This document shows positions 14,149 to 25,347 of a stretch of 64,000 nucleotides of DNA, one piece after another. This stretch comes from Raillietiella orientalis (taxonomy: Eukaryota): the NCBI GenBank assembly GCA_036172245.1, contig JAYWIR010000004.1:1116001-1180000 (forward strand), written 5' to 3'. How positions within the stretch are numbered: the first letter of the stretch is position 1; each line of letters opens with the position of its first letter. Under the pieces are notes generated by a model that searched no databases, had not been told where the DNA came from, and saw only the letters and a program-made list of their open reading frames with translations. A program made the position numbers and the translations under genes.

Positions 14149-17100
14149 AAGCAGTTGGGTAAAATGATGCACCTTAATTATCCGATAAACTAGGAGACAT
14201 CTACTGGAGTCTCCCGGACCATGCGAATGCCTCTCTTCATATGAAAGATGGAAATCAATCGAGACATCTTTTAAACGAAAAGAGCGGCATTCTGCAGGCG
14301 CAAGCAACGAAGTATGCAGAAGAATCATCTCTTGTGGCCTATAATCCTTCACCTTCGACAGGGATGGAATGAAGACCATGGCAAGTATTGTCCGGTCATC
14401 CGGAGCATCTCCCCCATCCCGGTTTCTTGTTCCTCTCCATTCAACCAAGTTGCTTTCGGTGATTCCCAGAGACCGACCCGATGGAAAAAGAGCACAATCA
14501 TTGGATTGGGCATTTCTGGAAAATGCTCTCCTTGACTCCTGGTGTCTTCTGGTAGGTGCAGTCGATGTCACCCTGTCTTCCTGCGTGTTTCGAAGGAAAT
14601 TATGCGTTCCTTTTCTCACGTTTGCGTTTGTTTTATATGTGAGGAAACCAGCGTGTCCCAAGGCGCCAAGTTATTGGAGTGCTCAGAATCTCCTCGGGAG
14701 CAAAATTTGGCACAGCTGAAATCACGCGCACAGCTGCCGAAATTGCCGACTGTCAGCTGAGAGCTGCGCGAGCCAAAGTTTCCGCATCCCTTCTATCCGG
14801 AACCACCTCTTTCTTGGTAATAACAATAATTAAATGTTATGGTCGCTCCTCAGGGTGAAGTGGCATTTTCGTTATTGCTGTTTCTTTGGCATTTCCACGA
14901 ACTTGTCTTTGAGGTCATTTACACATGAGACAGGATTTTTTTTTTTTTTTTCTTTCGAAAGCAGGTGCATCCACGATCTCAGTCCTCCAAGAGGAACACT
15001 TGGCACTCGATTTTTTGTCTTCTGAAAAGAGAAGCGATGCCATCGCTGTGGAATTCTCTTCAGCTTTCCCTTGAGATCCGACTCCCTGCTTTGGGAATCA
15101 GTGAGTGAGCACTCAATAGCTTTGCTTGAAAAAGTGAGATAACTCGGAAATCTTGAATGTTGAATAGCAAAAGCACAACAACGAATTCCTTCGGCAGTTC
15201 TTGCACGGTAGGATTCGAGGATATTGAATGCTGCCAGGAAGCTTCTTCCTTTCCTGCAAAATGGACGCAATAAAAAGGAACGCGTCCTCAGGGAGAAACT
15301 GTCATTCCTGTAAAACGTCCGACATTTGGTCATCCGCTGTTTCCGTTCATGTTTGCATCCATCTCAAATGCATCGGGAATGATGTGTTTTCACTCATCAA
15401 GTGTTAAGAATACACATCACTTTCAGAAAGGAGGATGAGTGGCGAAAAATATTCAGAACTCCTTTTTCACCAATCCCGCTGCCAATGAAAGTCGACTGCT
15501 CATTCCAGCAGCAGAGATGGAGTAGTCGAGTTTCCTCCGTCTTCGATACGCATATCGGTCCAAATCGACCCGCTGTCTGTCGGTGGCAGGTCCACTGAGA
15601 CTGCGAAACTGATTGCAAACTGTCTTTTTCTACATGCATGTAGTTTTTTGCATCGCTTGCGATGTCAGTGCTGCACTGAGGTTCCGGAAGGAGGTGGCGC
15701 CGAGAGACGAAGCTGGAAAAGACGTCAAACCCGAGCCTACTCGAAAGGGAGGCACCCGGCGTAAAAGCCGACGGAGCGACACGCGGTTCTTCAGAAGGAA
15801 GGCAGCTGAAACACTTCCAAGTTCTGCCATAGCACGCACAAACACACGAACAAGAGTTGGCATTCCAGCCTCTTTCTAAGATGCCAGTTATGCAACAAAA
15901 TCTTTGCCTCGCGGATTCCTTTCGTTTTCCTACACATGCTGTGTGTCCGCGACTGCCTGAGGTGCGCTCTAGATTGATTCATCACTCACACGCAGAAGCA
16001 CGCGCAAAGTGGATCATTTCGGGTAGATGCGTTCATTTCTGCAGGTTCGATTTCCTTCTCGGCAGCGCTCATAGTGCACCCGCGTGTGCACTTCGTGTTT
16101 CTCCTTCGCCTCGTTATGATTAGCAAAGGTTAAAATATTCCGTTCCACATTGAATAACGCTTCCCGCATTCATTCTGTCCAAAAGTTTGGTAACGGCATC
16201 TCATTTTCCCTATCTTGCAGTCCTTCGTCCTGTTTCTACTTAAACAAATAGCTTAGTAATGTGTGCTTCTTCGTGCTGCTGCTGAGCTCCTTGAAATTGG
16301 AATGCAGTTGCTCAATCTCTCATGCAAAACTTATCATCTTTCACATCTGTCATTATTTCAATTTTTTTTTTTTTTCGAATTTCATCTTTAAGATATTCGG
16401 GTTTTTGTAGCTCAAGCAGTGACAACGCATCTATGTTCTCTCTGGGGTCGCAAATGCGGTCTTACTTTTCTGTGACTGGAGTGGAAACGTGCATCAGACT
16501 GAATCAGCCGAACCGCGCTAGAATCGGAGACTTTTTGTACAAAATGTAATGTGATCTCTTCAGGATCAGAGAATTTCTCTAGACTGAAGACTAGATTGCT
16601 GCGGAAAATACAGTCTCAAGAAAGATTTGTGGTTGTCTTCAAAGATTTAATCTTCAGACGAATTATACAAGGGAGCCGAATTATGCATTGAATACCATCA
16701 CTCATTTTCATGCCACCTCGGAGATGAGAGACACGGAATATGGCGGTGCGATTGTCCTCTCATGGCATGTCCTTCCGTGCAGTGATGATGGTCGCCGTTC
16801 TGCAGCACCCCGCGTGCGGCAGAAAAAAATGTGTTGCTGCGTTTCGTAGGCACCCTCCTGCTCTCACATACCCGTCCCGTTCCTTCTTACGAGCCTCACG
16901 CGACTCGAATGGAACTTCCTATGACTTTCTCGTCGCAGATGCAAACTGTAGAGAATTTGCGCATGCATCACCCGGAGAGTGTATTCCACATCTGCTCCGT
17001 CGACAACCAGCTGCACACGGGGGTTCTGCAACACAAGAGGAGATCACGAGAGGGATCCAGGGCTGTAGCAGCGCCTTCTGAGGGCGCCAGGTTGCGTGAG

Positions 17101-18129
17101 GGTGCCTTCTCCTGTCCTTCGTTGCACTTTCGGCGCTTTAGAAAGCTCTCAGCTTCCGGCTGCTGCTGCCGCTCTGCTTCCTCTGTGAGCCTCCCAATGT
17201 AGTTCTCGCGCGCCAATACATGTGCACGTGTATGCACGCGTTCCATCGCATAACGAGTCGTGCGGCCGTGTCCCTCTCACGATTGTCAGCTCCCAGTGAA
17301 AGAGTTGAATGCTGTTGAATGCCATCGTTTCATGCTGTGCACTTTCGTTGGGAAAAAGAAACCTGCCGCTGTCGAGATGGCTGTCGTTGAGGCAAGGAGG
17401 ATACGACGTCATCCCAGCTGCTGACGACTAGTCTCTGATCTACCAAAAAGCAGTCTTCTGGATCCCTGCCGTTGACCAACATCCCTTGGATGGACCGTTT
17501 CGTAAGTCGAGCGACGCTGCCCCGCAGGTTCTGGAGCCTCGCCACTGCCTTCGCGGACTTCCCCACTACCTTGGTTCGAGCGCCATATGGATGAAGAGGA
17601 GCTATTCAGGGAGGTGTAGCAGGAGACAGCAAGGACCGCGAAAGCTGCAGTGAGGGCTACTTGCTCCTAAATCTTCAAGAGGGGTGCTGACGTCACTTTC
17701 AGTGTGCTCGGGACACAGGCCACGAAAGGACGAAGCAGCGCTAGCTGGCGAAGGGGATCGACGTGGCGGGTGGAACCGAAACGGAAGAAGAAGATGAGAA
17801 TCTCGCATAAGAGATGCAGGAGTAATCGCTTTTCTCAGAATCTTCGTGGAGAGGGAACGCTCGCTCCTGACTCGCAGAGTCCGCGTCCGTCCATCACCGT
17901 TCCGTCGCCAGACCCGGCTCTTTCCATGGGGACGAAACCCCTCGGGGCGGAGGACGCCGAAAAGTGGAGCTTCCCTGCGATGGACAACGGCGACGCCTTC
18001 CCCGACGGCGCTCTTTCTGCGCGGGGCGGATTCATCGCGCGTCCACCAACGTGTCTCGCAGGATGCCCGAGAAGCGCCGCTCCAAGAAGGAACGTTTGCT
18101 CTCACTCTCCCTGACTCTCCCTGGACTCG

Positions 18130-21100
18130 CCTGTCGCCGTAGGATCCTCGTAGCCTGCTGGAACGTCAACGGGCTGCGCGACGACGGCAACAGGCGGACA
18201 CCCTGCGTGACTTCGATCTGGCGCTCCTGCAGGAGATCCACGTGATCACCGCGGAGAACCCCCAGGAGATCGAGAGGATCGCAGGGGGTCGTCTGTTTAT
18301 CACCCGGGTGCGCCGGGCGTTTATTAAAAACTATCCGGGAACAGAGTTCCTGGACAAAGGAAAGACAAGAGACGAAGGGGGTGGGATCCCCGACACGCAG
18401 GTCGGTATGCCGAAAGTCCGGAACGGGAGGGAGGGGACCACAAATACACTACTATAAAAAATAAAAATAAAAATATGGTGGGCAGGGGACAGGGGTCTTT
18501 GATGAGTCCGTTCCTTCCTTTCAAAACCGGCGATGGATGCCGGCGATCTCTCTCCTTACGTCCTGTGGCAGACATGGGCCCACTCGGCAGCCGACGACAT
18601 GCTTGCGCTGGCTAATCCGGTGGACTGACGAACGATGGCCAGCTTCTCCAACTCTCGGTGGGCCTTGTCGATGGCGCGGGTGCAACACACGGCTGCAACG
18701 ACAGCACCTAAAGACAGGCCGCCTGGCGTGAAGAAGCGGCGCATCAAGTCCCTCGCGGTGTCCCCCTGGTGCAGGAGAGCTGAGGCCAGTCTCCGCCAAA
18801 GTCCTAGAAGGACACCGCAGTCCAGGAGCAGGTGCGGGAGCGTTTCCACTTCCCAGCACCGCTTACAGTTTGGGGAGACAACTCCCCCGGAAACACGGTT
18901 CGTCCGCTGGTTGGAGTGAAAACCCCAATGCAACAGCATGATGACGTCCTGCTTCCACGAAAGGGGGAACACAGAAGTGTTCAAACAGGAGGGAGGGACC
19001 ACAAGTTCTTCGGGGGGCACACTCAAGTGTTCACTCCACCGAAGGAGTCCCTTCGAGTTGTGGCGAGGCGTGGCTGCGTCTGCCAGCTCGCAAGTCCTCC
19101 AGCTGCCAATAGGTCGTGTTGTTCCTGCAATTGTGCAGGCGACCTCCCATCTCGCCGGTTCGCAGCTGTCATCTCTTGCCCTGAGGGGGTCGTCTGTATT
19201 GGCAATGCGGTGCTCGCAACACCTGTGGCGTCGCGTTTTTTATGAAGCCAGCGGTCGCCGCCTTCGTCAAGGACGTACGCTTCGACAAGGACAGTCGGGT
19301 TGGCCAGCTCATCCTTAGGTGGTCCGACCCGATCGACCTTGTCGTGACGAATGTGTACGCTCCGAGCGAAGGATGCGGGTACGGGGAACGTTCCCGGTTC
19401 CTCGAAACCCTGAAGCGCGACTGGCTGGCGGATACAAACGTACGCAAGGCACATCTGATCGGTGTGGATTTCAACATCCGCCTGCTCTCAGGTGTGCCTT
19501 GCGGGCAAAAAGACACAGCCAACGAGTTGTGCGCTGCTATGCGCACGCGCAACTTGTTGGGGGACCTACCAGGAATGGTCTAAAGCGTAGACCACGTCTT
19601 CCTTGACGCCGACCTGTGCCCACGGGTCGGCAGACGAGGGAAACTTCCGTCGACGCTATCGGACCACTTCCGGTTGATAATCGAGATTATGCCACGCGAC
19701 AAAGGACCACCATCCAGGGCGTGGCGTATGCCGGGGGACTGGATGCGCATCTCAGGTGCGGCGGAACATCTCCGCCAATTCCTGAGAGGCGTCATCCTCT
19801 GCAATCTTGAAGACTGGGACCGCATGAAGGTCTCGGTCCGCGAGTTCTGCGAGAAGTTCCCTCTGCACCGCCTGCCCCGGGGATTTGGTGAAGGGACCCG
19901 CAACAAAAGAGCGTATTTGCACGCCCGTCGTTTCGCAAGGACCCCTAACGTCCGTCGCTTGGCCGAATACAAAGCCGGGGCCGAGCGTCAAGCCTGGCAA
20001 ACCGGGCCGCCCGGCGTTCTGGACGACTTGGACCAGGAACACTCGGACCCGGCTTCGATACGTCGCCTCGTGCGGGGATTTTACTCCTCCCTTTACGCCA
20101 GGGCACCTGCGGAGTGGGACGCCTCGCGGCGCTTGCTCCCAGATGGAACCCTGGCCATAGGGGAGGAGGAGAAAGAAAGCCTTGACGAGCCTTTTACGAG
20201 CGGTGAAATCATCACCGCGATTAAAAGGCTCAAAAGGCGTAAGGCGCCAGGGAAGGACGACCTGCCGGCGGAGTTCTTTCAGTGATTCGCTGCAGAGCTG
20301 ACCCCCCTGGTGCTTAAATTGACACGGCTGATCCGAGACCAAGGCGATGTTCCCGCCTCGTTTCGGTAAGCCAGAGTGAGGCTCCTTCCTAAGGGAGGAG
20401 ACCTCAGGAAATTAAGCAACTGGCGTCCGATCACGATTGTGAACACGGACGCCAAGTTGCTGGCTGGACTGTGGGCTGCGCGGCTAAGACAGGTAGCTGA
20501 CAGCTTCATCAGCCCGGAACAGACGTACGCTGTTCCCGGGCGAAGCATGGAAGCGAACCTGTTCTTCGCCAGCACATGGTTCCATGTGCAACGCGAAGAG
20601 AAAAAGGAAAAAGAACGGAATGTCGGCAAACCTGATTTGGGGGCGCCAGCGCGGCAAGTAAGGGACGACCGGGATGGGAAGGGGGCTCTAGCGATCGCAG
20701 TCGATCTGCACAAAACGTTCGATTGCGTAGACCAGGATCTCCTTCTGGAGCTCCTGGATCGCATGGGCTTCCCGGACACCTTAACGGCCTACCTGCGCGC
20801 CTGCTGGCGCAATGCGATCATCAACTTGTTTCTCAGAGGACAGCAGGTGTTCGGTGTGCCGGTGAGGCGCAGCATCCGGCAGGGCAACAGCCTGAGTCAC
20901 CTGCTCTTTAGCACCTATTTCGAACTGGTGCTGAGAGCATACAGGGTGACATTGGCTGCCCTGCCAAACTCGTGTCCAGGTACGCCGGCCGTGTCGGCGT
21001 ATGCTGACGATCTTTTGCTCCTGCTGCCCATGTCCGCCCCGGCTTCGGCAGTCGAGGATTTCTTCGACTTGCTTAGCCGTGGGACAGGACTACGGGTGAA

Positions 21101-22793
21101 CAGGACGAAGTCGTCGCTGGTTGCGGTTGGTGCAACGTGGGCAGGACGACCTGATTGGATCCGCCTGGGGATTCCCACGGAGAGGTACTTGAAATACCTC
21201 GGCGTTCCGTTGGGGGACTTCTGCCAGTCAGGAGCCTGGTCAGGTCGTCTCCAAAAAGTGGAGTCAGCGATCGGCCCGTTCCTGGAAGGCAAGCTTCACT
21301 TGCAGGAACGGGCGGCGGCGTGGAACGCGTTCGCGGCCCCCCTCCTTCGCCCCTTGCTTTTCATTTGCCCCGTACCCCATGAATTGAAAAAAAGAACAAA
21401 GGACCTACGCATCGCCTTGTGGGCGGCGGGAGGCCTCGTGTGCCTTTAAAGGATTTGTGCGCTCCACGTCGGGACGGAGGTCTTAGAGTCCTGACGATGG
21501 AGCGATTGGAAACACAGCTGAGGTGGCGTACTCTAGCCATCGCAGCGAAGATGTGGAACACCCCTTGGTGCGTTCCAGCCCGCCTTCTCGCCAGATGTGT
21601 GTCCGGGACTGAAGGACTCGCGTCTTTTCTTCTGTGCTCCGGCCGGAAAATAAGAAGATGCGGACTTCTCCTGGGACGCATGGCCACCCTGGCAAAGGAG
21701 AACGGGTGGATGGCCTGCAGCCCCGCCAACTCCAGTGCATGGCTGGAAGAAACAGTTGAAACGTGGGCAAAGTTAAAAGACATCAGTGGAGAATCCTGCA
21801 ACCGCCTGCGTACCGGCATCTACACCCGCTGCACGCTGCGGAACATGATCGTGTGTCCCGCCAGAAGCACTTGGGCGGAGACGACCCCACTGGCCACGGC
21901 GGTGCCCTTCCTACGAAGGGCGCTTCAAAACAGCCGGAAGCCGAGATGGCAAGTCTCCTGCCGAATCGCAGGCAGAAAGAAGTTGATCAGCGGCTGGACC
22001 ATGGGAGAGCTGGCAGACGCCACGACCCCAAGCGTTCACCCGCATGGAATACGGAGATGGAGCGAGCTGCTTGGCATCCAGGCGGATGACCTAGAGTGGC
22101 CCCCGTTATTTAGAGACGCATTTACCTTCCCCCTCAAGTGGCAGGAAACGGCGCTGTTTTTGTTGCACTGGGGTCTTCCCTGCAACGCGCGCCGTCACTA
22201 CTGAACGTTGGGGAACGTGGGACAGAACTGTGCAGTGTGCGAGGAGAAGGAACCCCTCCCCCATCTGTTAGTGGACTGCGCTGCCCTCCGGCCCTTGTGG
22301 GAACGTTATGCTACGACCCTCCCTATGCCGGTCGGCAGTACCCCCAGAGACGTCTGAGACTCCTCTTCGTGCGAGACGCCCTGCCACCAGCCTCAACCCT
22401 GGCAGCGCTCTACTGCCTCCGAGGGACTGTGGCCTCCTGGAGCGCAGCCAACAGAGGAAGCAGCGACAGGGACCCCATCGTACACGCGGGTCGCTACCTG
22501 CGAATCGCGATCGGTTGGTCCCATCTGGGAATTATGACGAGGGACCTCGAGGGCATCCTGGAAAGGATGGTCTCCTCCTCCAGCGGACAGTGATCCCTTC
22601 CCGGCCCTCCAAATAGTTTCTTTTTAATTACTTCATTTATTTTTCTTTTTGTTTTACCCCCTATCCCCTCCGCTGCCGAGGAGAGACAAGCCGGCCTCAG
22701 AACCGGCTTCCTGTCAGGTCCCATGAAATATTGGCCGTAGCGGGGCCTAGTACCGCAAATGTAAAGTGTTTAGAAATAAACGCCCCGGCGTGA
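18130..22793 (+). mobile_element. Decayed L1/Tx1-like non-LTR retrotransposon A (APE endonuclease, RT, C-terminal Zn finger, structured 3' tail)
   Basis: APE motifs WNVNGL, LLQE, VYAP, G(V)DFN, DHVF and SDH. RT motifs KAPGKDDLPAEFF, WRPITIVNTDAKLL, DLHKTFD, RQGNSLSHLLF, YADD and YLKYLG. Several stops and frameshifts are present. Interrupted at 18297-19183. Confidence 0.92.
18297..19183 (-). mobile_element. 5'-truncated antisense LINE copy nested in the endonuclease of element A, with a 14-bp TSD
   Basis: agggggtcgtctgt at both 18283-18296 and 19184-19197. The insert encodes LLHWG...CKRCWEVETLPHLLLDC (zf-RVT-like) on the minus strand and ends ...aataaacgcccggcgcacccgggtgataa. Confidence 0.9.
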
Positions 22794-24999
22794 CCGATTG
22801 AAAACTACCTGATCCAACGTTTCACGCTCCGAGCGGGCATGCGGAGGTGGACGCAGCGGCACCGTTTGTCCCGAGCTCGTTCCCTTCCTGCAGTCGATTC
22901 CAAAGCGCCCACGAAGCCCTGAGACGGTGAAGGTCAACGGCGCTTGCAGATTGGTAGCAACAACAGCCAGAGCACCTTTTGTTGTCTGCCCCCCGCGTCT
23001 CCTTGTAGCGCTCCAAGGTAGCGTCCTGTGGGGACTTCTGACAGACCATTGCCGCACTCCAGAAGGGATGGTGCATCAGACCAGGCTTCGCCCGTCCAGC
23101 GCAGCAGTCAGCTCGCGGGGACTTTTCCCGGTCCCACCACACAACATAAACACGCGAGCGGGATCGAGGTAACCGTTGTTTCAGTGACGCAAGCACTCTC
23201 TCAAGGCCTTAAGGAAGATCGAATTGTCGTGCACACAGTCTTTGAGATCATCGAGTCTTTGAGAGCCGGAAGTGCCGGTTGGCGTATCGCGTTCGGTACT
23301 GCTCGGCGCGAGCGTTCATCCGCTGCCTAGCACCTCGGAAAAGAAGGCCACAGGGCGTGGTCGAAGCCACAGCCTCGAAGTTCACCAGCAGCGAAGCCGC
23401 AGGACTCGTACCGGAGTGTCACGAAATCTGAGCCATGCAACCGGATCGTTCGGAGCAGCCAGCATTCCTGGAGAGTTCCGCGCCCTCCACTGGCGCCCTG
23501 CTCCGCACAAGATGGCTCTGCTACACGCTCGGCGGCGACGCACAAGGCGAAAAAAAAAATGGGACGACTTCTCTCTAAGCCAAACCTAGGCAGGGGGGTG
23601 ATGGCTTGGGTAAGTGTGCCAGCCTCCATCCGTGAGAGGGCCGCAAGAGTCACACGGATTCGGCCGCGGACTGAAGGGTATCTGCTTCCCGCTACATCAA
23701 GGACAGAGAGGATGAGCCGCACGCGCTGGCGCTGCGCCCCTCGCGCTGGTCTGCCAGAGAAACGCCGTAGCGACACAAGAAGACACTACCTGATGCGAGG
23801 CAGGAGAGCGGCGCCACGATGATCATCACCCAGTGGAGTGGCATGTCGCCCGAGAAAGATGAGCGATTCGGCAGCTGCGCGCCACGTATGTATGCGCGCC
23901 GGTCGCTTCTCAGCCCCGCGTGCTACAACAGGGGCAGTGTTCACGGCTCGTCTCCGTCCTCTTCTACCGTATCCTCCAATACGGAGATGCAGTCGGGATT
24001 CATCGCTCGTTTTCCGGATCTCAAGACCAAGATCCGAAGTTCCCCACTCAAGGCGGAATTCCAATCCACAGAGAACCCGAGGGCATCCGAGACAACCGGA
24101 TAGCTCCCGTTTTTGGGGCACGAGCCGCGTCAGCAGCGAGGGGTCCTCACCGCTTGCATGGATTCCATCCCGGGCTGGAGAGAGTCGAACGGCTGCGCGC
24201 CGTTCCAGCGAGGCGGTGGTGGTCATGCTCCGCTGCGACAGCCGATGTCGCCTTTAGGCCGCAAAGAGAGAAGAACGCTTCCTCCATCGGAAAAGAAACT
24301 CGCGCAAGGAAATGCAACCCTCGACATCCGCAGCCTCGAAGCCTCTGCGGCTCTCCCTCCCAGTGCAAGATAGGAGGGCGCGGCGGGATGGCACTCGCCC
24401 AGTTCGCCGGTGCGCTCCTCCATCCAGGAGCGCGAGATGAAGATCTCACGCGCCTGACGATGTGCGTGGGCTCGTTTGCAGGGACCCGAAGGGTCCAACA
24501 ATCCGTCTATGAGTCTCCTCCGACAGCCCCGCACGGTGGTCTCAAGCAGATGTGTGCGGCTCTAGCGTTCGCCGGGAGGAGCCCTCGCGAACAAGTGAAA
24601 TGGTGCGCCGAACGTACCTCGGCGGGATCTTCTTCTAGAAAGGGGAGGTGCATGCTCGGCCTTGGTGCGGGCGTTGTAATCCCTGCTGCACTCGATTTTG
24701 CTCATCTGTCAATGCAGCGAACTCCTCCCAGGCGCCCGACGTCGGGCCCTCCCCCTAGAGTGCGGGTTCCCGGGAAGGCCTTCCTCCTCTCTTGCCCTTC
24801 GGTAAAAACTGCCGGAGGCCACCTCTCATGGAACATACGTTCGCAACCTCCAATGCGATCCCAGTCTCTCGCTGCGTAGATGCAGCATCGAGCTAGAAAG
24901 TTCCGGATGGTCGCAGCAGCTACGTTTGCCCCTCTCCCCCAGCCGGCGCCCTTATTGGGAAATGGCGTGGAATACCGAAAAACAGTCATCGGGAAGGAA

Positions 25000-25345
25000 A
25001 AGGAAAAAGTCTTTTATTCGTAGTGGAAATGTCACTCTCACCTTCAGCGTCCCCGATAGAGGGATTTCTGCACACTCCCTCGCAGGGACAGGTGAGAGGA
25101 GTGTGAAGAATGAAAAGAAACAACCAAATGAAATAGCTGCTTTCCGAGCTAAAAGGGGGAAGGGAAGGAGGGAACTAGGAAAAGGGGAGAATCATAGCAG
25201 ATTCCCTGGCGTTCTCTTCATCCTCGCCAGGACACTGGCGAGTTCCTCCTTGAGGGTCGTTGGGCACGGCAACCTCCGTCGCGACCCTCACGGAAGAAAT
25301 GACTGTCGAAGCGGCTTCCTTCCTATTCTGATCCCTTCCCCGGGC
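25000..25345 (-). mobile_element. Antisense 3' fragment of a related LINE
   Basis: The minus strand encodes LKEELASVLARMKRTP, like KQELANILTRMQKTP at the end of element C. It is followed by a pyrimidine-rich tract and a tccc-tgcga-ggga hairpin. Boundaries are approximate. Confidence 0.6.
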
Positions 25346-25347
25346 AG

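Noticed and set aside
13522..14661. 379-aa minus-strand ORF
   Set aside because: It has no recognisable domain and runs antisense through a SINE fragment (13881-14148), so it is probably a chance ORF.
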